Below, piece after piece: positions 17,638 through 28,418 of a DNA stretch of 64,000 bases. Numbering within the stretch: position 1 is the stretch's first letter; each line of letters opens with the position of its first letter. Source of the stretch: an uncultured Desulfatitalea sp. (lineage in GTDB: Bacteria; Desulfobacterota; Desulfobacteria; Desulfobacterales; Desulfosarcinaceae). A program made the translations under genes and the position numbers. Under the pieces are notes generated by a model. That model did no database searches. It worked only from the letters and a program-made list of their open reading frames with translations, and was not told where the DNA came from. The stretch lies in NCBI GenBank assembly GCA_963668675.2, contig CAXXMB010000002.1, positions 224,001 through 288,000 on the forward strand, written 5' to 3'.

Positions 17638-19065
17638 TTACCGGGACGGCGATGAATGTCTATTAAAGTTGTGCTTTTTCAGTATGGCGTAAAAGCGGGA
17701 TTGGGAAAGACCGGAAATGCGAATGGCAGCTTTGATATCACCGGCGGTCAGATCCATTAAGTCGGCCAGATACTGCCGCTCAGCCTGAGTGTATATGACT
17801 TCACGGAAATCCTGCAACGGTGGAAGCCTTTTAAAGTGGGTGTCCACCGAGCTCTCTTCAATTGGTTCATGAGGGTCGCTTAAAGATTGACGAACCACCT
17901 GGATGCGGATTTCCGGAGGCAGGTGTTTGGGGAACAAAATCGGCTCGTATCGGGCTGCAGCCAGGCAACGATCCAGGGTGTTTATCAACTCCCGGATGTT
18001 TCCCGGCCAGTTGTAAGCTGCAAGTACATCGAGAAAATCAGGCGAAAACCCTTTGGAGGCGATGCCCATGCGTTCACAAAGCCGGTTCGTCTGAAATCTG
18101 GCCAGCGCTTTGATGTCGGAAGGCCGCTCTTTGAGCGGCGGCAGATCGAGTGAAAAGGCGCTGATGCGGTATAGCAGATCTTTACGAAACGTCCCCTCGG
18201 TCACCATGGTTTCTAGGCTGCGGTTAGTGGCCGCCACCAGACGGAAATCACTCTTAACTTCGCGTTTACTGCCGACGGGGCGGAAGCGATGCTCCTGGAG
18301 AACGCGCAAGAATGCCTTCTGAAGCACCAGGGGAAGCTCGCCCACCTCGTCCAGAAAGAGCGTTCCCCCATCAGCCTGCCGAATCAAGCCCTCGCGATCC
18401 TTATCGGCACCGGTGAAGCTCCCTTTGACATGGCCGAACAACAGGCTTTCCACTATCGTATCGGGCAGGGCCGCACAATCTACCACCACAAAACTGCTTT
18501 TCGCGCGTGTGCTGTTGTTATGTATGGCCTGAGCGAACAACTCCTTGCCGGTGCCAGTTTCACCGGTAATCAGCACATTGATATCGCTCAGGGCTGCCTG
18601 GGCCACCATGTCCAAACAGGCGCGGATTTGAGGACTGTCACCGATGATGTTCTCACGTCGGAGGGCTCTCACGAATTCGGTAACAGCAGCACTCTTCTTT
18701 TCCTTCCGGTATTGCATGGCACGGGAGAGAGAGAGCCGTATGGCTTTGGCCGAGGACGATTTTTCGATGTAATCCCAGGCGCCGCTCTTGATGGCCAATT
18801 CGGCCCCGTCGGCATCACCGTATCCGGTACTGATAATCACTTCAGGTTCACCGGACGAGGCTTGAATTTCTGGTAATGCATCAAGTCCATTGCCATCAGG
18901 CATCCGGACATCCAGGAACACAACATCCACCGCTTCTGATTTAACTTTCTCCAGTCCTTCCTTCAGGGTGGCGGCACAATCGGCTTGATGATCCAATTGC
19001 CGGGCAAGTCTGGACAGCGCGTAGCAAATATTTTCGTCGTCGTCGATAATTAGGATTCTGGCCAT
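17638..19065 (-). CDS. Sigma54-dependent (NtrC-family) response regulator
   Basis: REC domain (LDVRMPD), GETGTGKE, GSFTGA, FLDEVGE, WPGNIREL, C-terminal HTH. Confidence 0.95.
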   Translation of the reverse strand: MARILIIDDDENICYALSRLARQLDHQADCAATLKEGLEKVKSEAVDVVFLDVRMPDGNGLDALPEIQASSGEPEVIISTGYGDADGAELAIKSGAWDYIEKSSSAKAIRLSLSRAMQYRKEKKSAAVTEFVRALRRENIIGDSPQIRACLDMVAQAALSDINVLITGETGTGKELFAQAIHNNSTRAKSSFVVVDCAALPDTIVESLLFGHVKGSFTGADKDREGLIRQADGGTLFLDEVGELPLVLQKAFLRVLQEHRFRPVGSKREVKSDFRLVAATNRSLETMVTEGTFRKDLLYRISAFSLDLPPLKERPSDIKALARFQTNRLCERMGIASKGFSPDFLDVLAAYNWPGNIRELINTLDRCLAAARYEPILFPKHLPPEIRIQVVRQSLSDPHEPIEESSVDTHFKRLPPLQDFREVIYTQAERQYLADLMDLTAGDIKAAIRISGLSQSRFYAILKKHNFNRHSSPSR

Positions 19066-19074
19066 GGTTTAAGC

Positions 19075-20841
19075 TTATCTTACCGGTTTCGCTTTTTCAT
19101 TTTCCAGGGCTGTGCGGATCGCCCCTTCGATTTCTACTCGGGTAAACGGTTTTTGTATGAAAGAGCGGATACCCAAATCTCCAGCCAGCGCTGCCGTTTG
19201 GTGGCTTTTAGGATCGGTTAGATACCCGCTGCACAGAACAATCGGCATTCCGGGCCGGATGTTTAAAATGTGTTTTGCCAGCTCGGTGCCCTTCATCTGC
19301 GGCATCGTCTGATCCGTGATGATCAGATCGAATCGTTTGGGATCTCGGTGGAAAACCGTCAGGGCCTCGATAGCTGTCCCTGCTGTTTGAACGGTATATC
19401 CCATTGATTTAAGCATTTTCCCCGCAGCATAGCGAAGCGCGAAGTCATCGTCAACGAGCAGGATGCGCTCCACACCCGCTTTTACTTTCCCACTCGGCAG
19501 TGCGCCGTCAATGGCCTCCACCGGATCGAATCGAGGTAGAAACACGTGGAAAGCCGTCCCGTTGCCGGGAGCGCTATCAACGGTGATCGCTCCCCCGTTG
19601 TGTTTGATGATGCCGTAAACCACGGAGAGTCCCAATCCGGTGCCGCCACTTTTTTTGCGGGTGGAAAAAAAGGGGTCGAAAATTCGTTCCTGAACGTCCG
19701 GTGTCATTCCGTGACCGCTGTCTCTGATCGTCAGTTTCAGATAGGGTCCACCAGAGAGATTCAGCGATTCGATAACAGTTTCAGCGTTAACCATAACGGT
19801 CTCGAGATTTATTTCCAACACCCCCACTTGTTCTCCGATGGCTTGAGCGGCATTGGTGCAAAGGTTCATAACCACCTGGTGAATCTGTATGGGATCGACC
19901 AGTACACTGCCCATATCAGAGGGGAGTTTAGACCGTATATCGATGGTTGACGGCAGGGAGGCGCGAATCAGATTCAGACACTCTTTAACCAGGCTGTGGA
20001 GTTGGACCGGTTGTCGCTCCTGTTCGCCGGTCCGGCTGAAGGAAAGAATCTGTCTGACCAGCGCTTTTCCCCGCAAACCGGCCTTGAGAATGTGGTCGAG
20101 ATCTTCATGCACCGGATGGTCCTCGGGCAGGTCGTCAAGGGCGATTTCACTACAGGTGATGATAGCTCCTAAAATATTGTTGAAATCATGGGCAATCCCA
20201 CCGGCCAGCGTTCCGATGGCCTCCATTTTTTGGGCCTGGAGGACCGCCTTTCTGAGTTGTTTTCGTTCGGTTTTCATCCTGAGGGTGATGATTCCAAAGG
20301 CCAGATCGTCGGCGAGTTCCTCAAGCAGCCTAAGCTCATCTTTGTCAAAAGCGTCAGGCTCACCCGCACAGATGCTGAGCGCACCGAACGTTTTACCCTC
20401 TTCTTTCAACGGCATCGCAACAGCTGACGCATAACCCCTTTTAAGTGCCTCTTCTCGCCAGAATTCATAATCAGGGTTAGTGATAATGTTCTGAAAGACG
20501 CTCGGTGCTCCATTTCGGATGGCGCTACCGGTTGGTCCTCGCCCCCGTTTGGTGTTGGCCCAGGTAAGGTTGAGCAATTCCAAATAACCTTCCTCGTATC
20601 CCCAATGGGCTACCGGCCGCACTTTTTTTCCCTTTTTATCTTCAGCAAAGCCAACCCAGGCCAAACGATATCCACCATAGTCGACGACAATCCTGCAGAT
20701 ATCCTGCATCAATTCCAATTCATCTTTGGCACGAATCAACGTGTGGCTGCATTCGCTGAGTGTTCTCAGCACACGATTCGTTTTGCGCAATGATGCCAAT
20801 TGGATCTCCGTTGATAAGGGCGTTTGATGAGTAAGTCGCAA
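19075..20841 (-). CDS. Cytoplasmic GAF-HisKA-HATPase-REC hybrid kinase
   Basis: GAF (GRGPTG.AIR), AHDFNN, DSGHG, GTGLGL, TDQTMP; no TM segment. Confidence 0.92.
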   Translation of the reverse strand: MRLTHQTPLSTEIQLASLRKTNRVLRTLSECSHTLIRAKDELELMQDICRIVVDYGGYRLAWVGFAEDKKGKKVRPVAHWGYEEGYLELLNLTWANTKRGRGPTGSAIRNGAPSVFQNIITNPDYEFWREEALKRGYASAVAMPLKEEGKTFGALSICAGEPDAFDKDELRLLEELADDLAFGIITLRMKTERKQLRKAVLQAQKMEAIGTLAGGIAHDFNNILGAIITCSEIALDDLPEDHPVHEDLDHILKAGLRGKALVRQILSFSRTGEQERQPVQLHSLVKECLNLIRASLPSTIDIRSKLPSDMGSVLVDPIQIHQVVMNLCTNAAQAIGEQVGVLEINLETVMVNAETVIESLNLSGGPYLKLTIRDSGHGMTPDVQERIFDPFFSTRKKSGGTGLGLSVVYGIIKHNGGAITVDSAPGNGTAFHVFLPRFDPVEAIDGALPSGKVKAGVERILLVDDDFALRYAAGKMLKSMGYTVQTAGTAIEALTVFHRDPKRFDLIITDQTMPQMKGTELAKHILNIRPGMPIVLCSGYLTDPKSHQTAALAGDLGIRSFIQKPFTRVEIEGAIRTALENEKAKPVR

Positions 20842-20965
20842 TTTATCTTAAATTTGATAAAAATACAATAATATCAAAAGAAAAGGAGCAAAACACCCCC
20901 AACAGGATGGCGTTGGGACTCAAGCGCACTTTGATATTTCACTTTTACGACTGCTCGCTGGCAAA

Positions 20966-20981
20966 TGGCACGCCCGTTGCT
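20966..20981 (+). promoter_or_regulatory. Sigma54 -24/-12 promoter of the efflux operon
   Basis: TGGCACGCCCGTTGCT matches the TGGCAC-N5-TTGC consensus. Confidence 0.85.
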
Positions 20982-21118
20982 TATCTGGTGCAATATGCCA
21001 AAAAAATCGGGAAGGAAAGTATGTTTATTCGAACAATATGAGCCCATGAAAAATATTTTTAGTTTTTGATACCCGGACAATCAACGGGACCGGATCTTTA
21101 TCAGGGGATTTTAAAAAA

Positions 21119-22552
21119 ATGATCATTCAACTTTCAGGGCACCTGCTTGGGCATCCGTGCCGGGGCTTATTTTCCAGAATCGTTCCTGGCATTTTGCTTG
21201 TCCTTGTTAACCTGGCCAGCCTGGCCATTTCAGCGCAAGCCGCCGACCTGTCCTTCGACCGGGCACTCGAGGCAATGCTCTGCGCCAACGAATCCGTCAA
21301 GGCCGCTTATTCCGAAACCGAGCGACGCGAGTATGAGGCCAAGGCCGCACAGGGGCTTTACTTTCCAAAAATTACACTGACTGGTCGCGCGACCCGCATA
21401 GATGACCCGGTCTACCTCGATCTCAACCCCATCCGGGACGTCATCCTGGCCCTGCATCCGACGGTCCCGGCAGATGCGGTCCCTTCCTTTAAAGAAACCA
21501 TTCAAGACGACACCTTCGTAAAATCTCAACTGAACTTGGTTTGGCCTGTGTTCACCGGGGGACGTATCACCGCTGCCAATGCAGCTGCAGAAGCCGGGGC
21601 GCGTGAGGCAAAGGCCAAATTGCGCCGGACCACCGAAACCCTCACCTCCGAGCTGGTGAGGGCATACTTTGCCGTCCGTCTGGCGGACCAAGTCGTTCGG
21701 ATCCGCGCTGAAGCCAAAGATGCCTTGGATCTGCACCTGTTTCAAGCCCGCCGCATGTATGAGGAGGGCATTATCGCCCGGACTGAACTGCTCCATGCCA
21801 AGGTGGCTCAAGCCCAAGCCGACCGAGAATTAAAAGCCTCCCGTCGCGATCTGGAACTGTCACACACGGCATTGGCGAACGTTCTATCATCCGACGAACC
21901 GGTCACGCCCACAACCCCGCTTTTTTTGGTCACCGTGCTCGAACCTGTAGACGACTTTGTCAGACAGGCCAGGGACAGACATCCAGCCTTGGACCAGTTG
22001 GACGCGATCAAGGACAAAACTCACGAAAATCTTCGCACCGAAAAAGCGGCCTACGCTCCGGAAATCTATCTGTTCGGTATGCGCGAGCTCTATGAAGACG
22101 ATTTGACCGTTTTAGAACCCACCTGGGCCGTGGGCGCCGGTCTCAGCTTCACCTTGTTCGACGGCCTGACCCGGCCCAACCGGATCCGCGCCGCTCAAAA
22201 ACTGGAAAAGCGGGCCGGGCTGATGCGACAAAAATTGGCCAGGGACCTGGAAACCCTGGTATCCTCCAAGTACCAGGAACTCATGAAGGCCGGCGAACAA
22301 TTTGACGCCTTGCAAGCGTCTATGAACTTGGCCGACGAAAATCTGCGCGCCCGTCGTCGGGCCTTTGAAGAAGGCCTGACCACATCTCTGGAGGTGGTCG
22401 ACGCCCAGCTGTCCCTGTCCGCGGCCGAAGTGGAACGGTTACACGCGGCATATGCCTTCGACACCGCGCTGGCGCAGTTGCTGGAAGCCAGTGGCCAGGG
22501 AAATGATTTTCCGCGTTACCTTGCGGGTGCGCAAATGGAAGTGGAAAAATGA
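21119..22552 (+). CDS. TolC-family outer membrane efflux protein
   Basis: Signal peptide; YFPKI, PVFTGG, FEEGLTTSLEVVDAQ. Confidence 0.92.
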   Translation: MIIQLSGHLLGHPCRGLFSRIVPGILLVLVNLASLAISAQAADLSFDRALEAMLCANESVKAAYSETERREYEAKAAQGLYFPKITLTGRATRIDDPVYLDLNPIRDVILALHPTVPADAVPSFKETIQDDTFVKSQLNLVWPVFTGGRITAANAAAEAGAREAKAKLRRTTETLTSELVRAYFAVRLADQVVRIRAEAKDALDLHLFQARRMYEEGIIARTELLHAKVAQAQADRELKASRRDLELSHTALANVLSSDEPVTPTTPLFLVTVLEPVDDFVRQARDRHPALDQLDAIKDKTHENLRTEKAAYAPEIYLFGMRELYEDDLTVLEPTWAVGAGLSFTLFDGLTRPNRIRAAQKLEKRAGLMRQKLARDLETLVSSKYQELMKAGEQFDALQASMNLADENLRARRRAFEEGLTTSLEVVDAQLSLSAAEVERLHAAYAFDTALAQLLEASGQGNDFPRYLAGAQMEVEK

Positions 22553-23553
22553 AAACACAACATGCTTTCATCGAGCCTGTCGTGGGGCTCCTCATTCTCC
22601 TGGCTCTGGTCGGCGGGCTCACCTGGTTTCTCAGGGAGCCCCCGGTGGAATTGATCCAGGGAGAAGTTGACGCCACCCAGGTCGACCTTGCCGTCAAATT
22701 AGCCGGACGGGTCTCGACCGTCTGGGTCAAGGAAGGCCAATCCGTCAAAAAGGGAGAACATCTTCTGGATTTGGATATCCCCGAAATGCAGGCCAAGCTT
22801 CGTCAGGCCTCGGCCGCCGAACAGGCCGCCGGTGCCCAGCGCGACAAGGCCTTCGCCGGTGCCCGCCGGCAGGAAGTCCAGGCGGCAATGAATCTGTGGC
22901 TGCAGGCCAAGGAGGCCGCCGATCTGGCAGAAAAGACCTATCTTCGCATCGAACGTCTTTACGCTGACGGCGTGGTTTCGGCCCAGCGCCGCGACGAGGC
23001 CGAAGCCAAATGGAAAGCATCACGCGAAGCTGCCGCCGCCGCCCAGGCCCAATATGACATGGCGCAGGAAGGGGCCCGCAAAGAAGATCGCAGATCCGCT
23101 TCCGCCCTGGTCGATCAGGCGGGCGGTGCCGTCAACGAAGTGAAAAGCTACCTGAGCGAAACCCGCCTTGACGCACCCATCGGCGGCGAGATCGTCCACG
23201 TCCTGGCCGACCCTGGCGAACTGGTCAGCCCAGGCTACCCGATCATCACAATCCTCGACCTGACCGATGTGTGGGTCACCTTCAATATCCGCGAAGACAA
23301 CCTGGCCGGATTGCGCATAGGCAAAACCTTTACGGTCCGCGTCCCTGCCTTGGGCGAAAGGCAATTCAACGTCAAGGTCAGCTACATCGCTGCCCTGGGT
23401 GATTTTGCCACTTGGCGGGCCACCAGCGCCTCCGGCGGTTTCGACCTGAAGACGTTTGAAGTCCACGCCCGCCCGGTCGAGCCCGTCGACGGACTCCGGC
23501 CGGGCATGAGCGTCATTGTGCCGTTGACGGAACTGTCCCATGACCGCAAATGA
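22549..23553 (+). CDS. HlyD-family membrane fusion protein
   Basis: N-terminal TM; GRV..V.VKEGQSVKKG; APIGG; LRPGMS. Confidence 0.92.
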   Translation: MKTQHAFIEPVVGLLILLALVGGLTWFLREPPVELIQGEVDATQVDLAVKLAGRVSTVWVKEGQSVKKGEHLLDLDIPEMQAKLRQASAAEQAAGAQRDKAFAGARRQEVQAAMNLWLQAKEAADLAEKTYLRIERLYADGVVSAQRRDEAEAKWKASREAAAAAQAQYDMAQEGARKEDRRSASALVDQAGGAVNEVKSYLSETRLDAPIGGEIVHVLADPGELVSPGYPIITILDLTDVWVTFNIREDNLAGLRIGKTFTVRVPALGERQFNVKVSYIAALGDFATWRATSASGGFDLKTFEVHARPVEPVDGLRPGMSVIVPLTELSHDRK

Positions 23554-24745
23554 CCGCCATCGCCATGCCCCGGGCCGACGCACCGGAATCCAAGCCGTTG
23601 CCCGCCGGGAACTCGGCCGCATTCACAGGCAACCCCGGTATGCCATGCTCATGCTGGTCCTGCCAGTGATCTCCTTTGCCCTGGCCTGGGGGCTTTTCTT
23701 CAATCAATACCCCCGGGACTTGCCCGTCGCCGTGGTCGATTTGGACCACTCTTCTCTGTCCCGCCAACTGTCCCGCTTGATCGACAGCACCGCCAGCATT
23801 AAGGTGGCCTATCAGGTGGCTGACCCGGTTGCCGCCAAAGAGCTGTTGCTTCGCGACCAGGCGTATGCCGTGGTCATCATGCCCCGCGGACTCGAGCGGG
23901 ATATCAAACGCGGGCTGGGTGGGGAGGTGATTGGGTACTACAACGCACAGATGCTCCTGCCCGGCAGCATCATCTCCGCCAGTCTTGGCGCCACCGTGGC
24001 CACCGTCTCGGCCGGGGTGAACCTTCAGTCCCGCCGGCGCCGTGGCGAAATGGGCGAAGCCGCTCGTGCCCACCTGGAACCCGTCAACCTCGACCGACAC
24101 GTGCTTTTCAACCCCCAACTCAACTACCTGCACTTTCTGGCCGCAGCCTTGTGCCCGACGTTTCTGCAAATATTCGTCGTCATGACCACCGCCCTGGCCA
24201 TGGGTGAGGAATTGAAGAACGGAACCATACGGCAATGGTTCGACACCGGCGGCGGCAGTATCTGGCGGGCGATGATCGGCAAATTGGCGGTCTACTTCGT
24301 CACCTTCAGCCTGGTAGGAATGGTCATGCTGGCCGTGATTCTCAAAGGCTTCGGCGTGCCCTTGCGCGGCTCCCTGGTTAGCTTGGTTTCGGCCACTATC
24401 CTGCTGATCTTGGCCGGCCAAGCCTGCGGGCTCATCCTGGTGGCGCTCAACCCGAGCCTGCGCATGGCCCTCAGCGCCGCTTCTTTTTACGCCGGAACCG
24501 CCTTCGCTTTTGTCGGTCTGACATTCCCCCAGACCGGGATGCCCGCCCTGGCAAAAGCATGGAGCAACCTGCTGCCGTTGACACACTATCTGCATGTTTT
24601 CCTGGAGCAGACCTTCCGCGGCGCCGATCTCGCCGATTCTGTACCGGACATGCTCCTTTTGTGCGGTTTCGTTCTGCTGGGGCTTCTGCTCACCCCCCTG
24701 CTCAAACGCTATAAGGTCGACAGCCGGTACTGGAGCAGGCCATGA
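23540..24745 (+). CDS. ABC-2-type permease
   Basis: LPVAVVDLDHSSLSRQL, FNPQLNY, LPLTHY, multiple TMs. Confidence 0.9.
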   Translation: MTANDRHRHAPGRRTGIQAVARRELGRIHRQPRYAMLMLVLPVISFALAWGLFFNQYPRDLPVAVVDLDHSSLSRQLSRLIDSTASIKVAYQVADPVAAKELLLRDQAYAVVIMPRGLERDIKRGLGGEVIGYYNAQMLLPGSIISASLGATVATVSAGVNLQSRRRRGEMGEAARAHLEPVNLDRHVLFNPQLNYLHFLAAALCPTFLQIFVVMTTALAMGEELKNGTIRQWFDTGGGSIWRAMIGKLAVYFVTFSLVGMVMLAVILKGFGVPLRGSLVSLVSATILLILAGQACGLILVALNPSLRMALSAASFYAGTAFAFVGLTFPQTGMPALAKAWSNLLPLTHYLHVFLEQTFRGADLADSVPDMLLLCGFVLLGLLLTPLLKRYKVDSRYWSRP

Positions 24746-25899
24746 TCAAAAACTTTCTCCATGACGTTATGACCGAACTCGGCGCTATCTTTGGCGATCG
24801 CGGCGTCCTTCTGATCATGGGGTTTGCCGTAATTTTCTATGCCTTTGTCTACCCCCTTCCGTATACCGGTGAAGTGTTGCGCAAAGTGCCCTTGGTCGTC
24901 ATCGATCACGACAACTCCAGCCTGAGCCGCCAGCTTGTGCGCATGGTCGACACTTCGGATCTGATCCGCGTCGACGGCCGGGCCCAAAATCTCGACGAAG
25001 CGCGGAAAAAGATCGCTGCCGGCCACTATAGCGCCGCCCTGCTCATTCCCGTCGACTTTGAGAAAACGGTGCTCCAGACACGTCAGGCAACCGTGGCCGC
25101 ATACGTGGACGCAACCTATTTTCTCGTCTATCGCCAGGCGATGACCGGTCTGGTCAAGGCCGTCCGAACCCTTTCCGCTGGCATTCAAGTCCATCGCTTT
25201 CAGGCTCAAGGCGGTTCCGAGGAGAAAGCTCAGGTGGATCGCTCGCCACTCAATTTCATCGACCGCCCCCTTTTCAACCCATCCCTGGGCTACGCCACCT
25301 ACATCGTTCCCGGCGTTCTGATCTTGATCCTTCAACAAACCATGCTCATTGGCATAGGCATGATCTCCGGCACCCGCGCAGAACGATCCGCTGCCGCCGC
25401 CTCAGCCACCGTGTTGCGAGGCGGCCCAGGCCTGCAGATACTTTCCCGCACAGTCGCCTGCCTGGCCCTGTATCTGATTCACGTCCTCTTCATATACGGC
25501 GTGGCATACCGGATCTGGGGTTTTCCCATGCGCGCCGGGCTTGCGACCGTTTTCGGCTTCTTGTTGCCCTTTCTGTTGGCCGTTATTGTGCTAGGGCAGA
25601 TGCTGGCAGCGTTTTTTAAATCTCGAGAAACCGCCATGGTCATGATCGTCTGGAGTTCTATGATAGCCGTCCTGGTCTCAGGATTTTCCTGGCCCGTCGA
25701 AACCATGCCTCACTGGATCAGGGCTCTGGCCATGCTCATCCCCAGTACCTGGGGCATCTCCGGTATTCTGCGCCTTACCCAAATGGGCGCATCCTTCCAA
25801 CAGGTCCAAGTCGAATGGATCTGTCTTTGGGGACTAACCTTTCTTTACCTGGTCCTGGCCTGGATCTGCACAAGTTTCCAAAGAAAAGGAATAATATAG
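24742..25899 (+). CDS. ABC-2-type permease
   Basis: VVIDHDNSSLSRQL, FNPSLGY, SGFSWPVETMP. Confidence 0.9.
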   Translation: MIKNFLHDVMTELGAIFGDRGVLLIMGFAVIFYAFVYPLPYTGEVLRKVPLVVIDHDNSSLSRQLVRMVDTSDLIRVDGRAQNLDEARKKIAAGHYSAALLIPVDFEKTVLQTRQATVAAYVDATYFLVYRQAMTGLVKAVRTLSAGIQVHRFQAQGGSEEKAQVDRSPLNFIDRPLFNPSLGYATYIVPGVLILILQQTMLIGIGMISGTRAERSAAAASATVLRGGPGLQILSRTVACLALYLIHVLFIYGVAYRIWGFPMRAGLATVFGFLLPFLLAVIVLGQMLAAFFKSRETAMVMIVWSSMIAVLVSGFSWPVETMPHWIRALAMLIPSTWGISGILRLTQMGASFQQVQVEWICLWGLTFLYLVLAWICTSFQRKGII

Positions 25900-26089
25900 A
25901 AACCGGTTGAAAATTTTCCTGTTTCACAAGAAAATTCTTGTGCCTCAGGAAATTTATACAGAAAAAATTGCCCCCATTTTTAATGTTGAATCTTAGACTT
26001 GATATATAAGCCACTCTTAGGCGCCCTGAGCGGGTGCGAATGGCAACATCATGGTGTCAACCGAGGGCACAACCGACCGGGCCGGCGCA

Positions 26090-26118
26090 TTGACTTACCA
26101 TCCAGTTCCTGCTATATC
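26090..26118 (+). promoter_or_regulatory. Sigma70-type promoter upstream of vgrG
   Basis: TTGACT-N17-TATATC with an extended TG. Confidence 0.5.
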
Positions 26119-26189
26119 ATCCTGAATAAATAAGAGATTTAATTGGGCCTACAACTTGCCAACCATTCCACTAGCCATTGGAGGTACCG

Positions 26190-28397
26190 ATGAGCGCTGA
26201 GCAGAGGGCCGACCAGGACCGTTTTCTGTTTGAAGTATCAAAGCAACGTTTCAAAGTCGTCGATTTCTCTGCACGCGAGGCGCTGTCCGAACCCTACGAG
26301 GTGATGCTTACCCTGGCCAGCAAGGATGAGATTCCCATCGACGATATGATTCAGAAAGAGGCCCTGCTGACAATATACGGCTCGGAATCGGAACGCTACT
26401 TTCACGGAATGGTCAACTCCTTTCGGATGGCCGGCAGCAGCGGCCGCTTTATGCTTTACAAGGCGATCGTCGTACCCACTCTCTGGACGCTCTCTCTCGA
26501 ACAGGATTGCCGTATATTCCAGGAGATGACGGTTAAGGATATCGTCACTGAGATTTTGGAGGACGCCGGCATCAAATCGGATCGCTACAAATTCCAGTTG
26601 AAGGAGACATATCCCGAGAGGAACTACTGCGTCCAATATCGAGAGACCGACCTCGACTTCATCACCCGCCTGTTGGAAGAGGAGGGCATCTTCTACTACT
26701 TCGAGCACCAGGAGAATCAACATTGCATCGTCTTCGGGGACAGCACGGTCAACTACAACCCCATTGAAGGTGTCCAAAACAGTAGCAAACAGGTGGAGCT
26801 GCTCTACCAGTCCGATGCCGAAATGGTGCACCTGGAAGAGACGGTGTTACGCTTTCACCCTTGCGCCCGGATCACCTCGGGCACGTATACCCACAGGGAT
26901 TACAATTTCCTTCAACCCTCGCTCAAACTCAGCGGGACCAAGGAGGAGAGCACCTTTAAAAAGTTGGAGCGGTACGATTATCCCGGCGGCTTCGCTGACG
27001 AACAGAGAGGCAACCAACTGGCCCGCAACCGATTGGAGGAGGCCGGACGCCTCAGGAGCTCGGCCGAGGGAAAGAGCAGCTGCCCCAGATTGGTTCCCGG
27101 CTTCACCTTCAAGCTCTCAGTGCAGGAGATGCCCGAACTTGAGAAGGAGTATGTGCTGATCCGCACCATCCACTCCGGATCTCAGCCCCAGGTGCTGGAG
27201 GAGCTCAGCTTGACCGGCGACGGGTTCAGCTACGGCAACGAGTTCCAGTGCATCCCCTCGGAGATGGTTTTTCGACCCGAGTTCAAAGCGCCGAAGCCCT
27301 ACGTCAGGGGCATCCAGACCGCCATCGTCGTCGGCCCCAAAGGAGAAGAGATCTACACCGATGAACATGGGCGCGTGAAGGTTCAGTTTCATTGGGACCG
27401 GCTCGGGGACAACGATGAAAAGAGCTCGTGCTGGATACGGGTCAGTCAGATCTGGGCAGGCGCCGGATGGGGCGCCATGCATATCCCGCGCATCGGCCAG
27501 GAGGTGGTGGTCGATTTCCTCGAGGGCGATCCCGACCAGCCGGTGATCACCGGCCGCCTCTACCACGGAAGCAACACCCCGCCGTACAAGCTCCCGGACG
27601 AAAAGACCAAAAGCACCCTCATGTCCAAGACGACCCCCAACGCCAAGACCCACAACGAACTGTTGATGGAGGATAAGGTCAACGAAACTCGCGTGGTGCT
27701 CTCCAATGCCTATGGCCATAAAATCACCATGGATGAAAAGGATCAGTTCCTCTGCATCGAGACGCGCGACGGGAACAAGGTGACCTTCGACGACAAGAAC
27801 AAGCACATCAACGCCGTCACCACACAGAACCACAACGTGCTGATCAGCGATGAGAAGAAGAAGATCAACATCACATCCACCGCTGGCCACATGCTCGAAA
27901 TTGATGATGAGAATCAAAAAATGGTGGCCAAGACCGTCAATGGCAACATCATCACCATGGACGACAACGGTCAAAAGATCGAAGTGGCCACCGAAGTTGG
28001 CGGCCACTCGATGGTGATGAACGACAAAACCATCAGCGTCACCAGCGGCGGCGGCCACTCGATCACTCTGGACGACGGTGGCGGCGGCAACGGGGTGAGT
28101 CTCCAGGATACCAACGGCAACAAAGTGGAAATCGACAGCAGCGGGAACAAAATGGTCATCGAAGCCCAGGGCGGTATCGATATCACTACCGACGGCGATC
28201 TGAATCTGAAGGCGGCCAACATCAAACTCGATGCGGATATCGATCTGAAAATGAATGCCGGCGCGAACGTATCGTCCGAGGCGGGAATCGAACACAAGTC
28301 CAAAGGCAATATGTTGACGTCGGAGGCTATGGGCACCGCCGAATTTAAAAGCAGCGGCATGACCAATATCAGCGGGGCGGTCGTCAAAATCAATTAA
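26190..28397 (+). CDS. vgrG: Type VI secretion tip protein VgrG with an extended repeat needle
   Basis: CVQYRETDLDFITRLLEEEGI, QTAIVVGP.GEEIYTDEHGRVKVQFHWDR, IPRIGQEVVVDFLEGDPDQP. GGAGG ribosome-binding site before ATG 26190. Confidence 0.95.
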   Translation: MSAEQRADQDRFLFEVSKQRFKVVDFSAREALSEPYEVMLTLASKDEIPIDDMIQKEALLTIYGSESERYFHGMVNSFRMAGSSGRFMLYKAIVVPTLWTLSLEQDCRIFQEMTVKDIVTEILEDAGIKSDRYKFQLKETYPERNYCVQYRETDLDFITRLLEEEGIFYYFEHQENQHCIVFGDSTVNYNPIEGVQNSSKQVELLYQSDAEMVHLEETVLRFHPCARITSGTYTHRDYNFLQPSLKLSGTKEESTFKKLERYDYPGGFADEQRGNQLARNRLEEAGRLRSSAEGKSSCPRLVPGFTFKLSVQEMPELEKEYVLIRTIHSGSQPQVLEELSLTGDGFSYGNEFQCIPSEMVFRPEFKAPKPYVRGIQTAIVVGPKGEEIYTDEHGRVKVQFHWDRLGDNDEKSSCWIRVSQIWAGAGWGAMHIPRIGQEVVVDFLEGDPDQPVITGRLYHGSNTPPYKLPDEKTKSTLMSKTTPNAKTHNELLMEDKVNETRVVLSNAYGHKITMDEKDQFLCIETRDGNKVTFDDKNKHINAVTTQNHNVLISDEKKKINITSTAGHMLEIDDENQKMVAKTVNGNIITMDDNGQKIEVATEVGGHSMVMNDKTISVTSGGGHSITLDDGGGGNGVSLQDTNGNKVEIDSSGNKMVIEAQGGIDITTDGDLNLKAANIKLDADIDLKMNAGANVSSEAGIEHKSKGNMLTSEAMGTAEFKSSGMTNISGAVVKIN

Positions 28398-28418
28398 GCA
28401 ACTCTTGAGGAGCGATTC

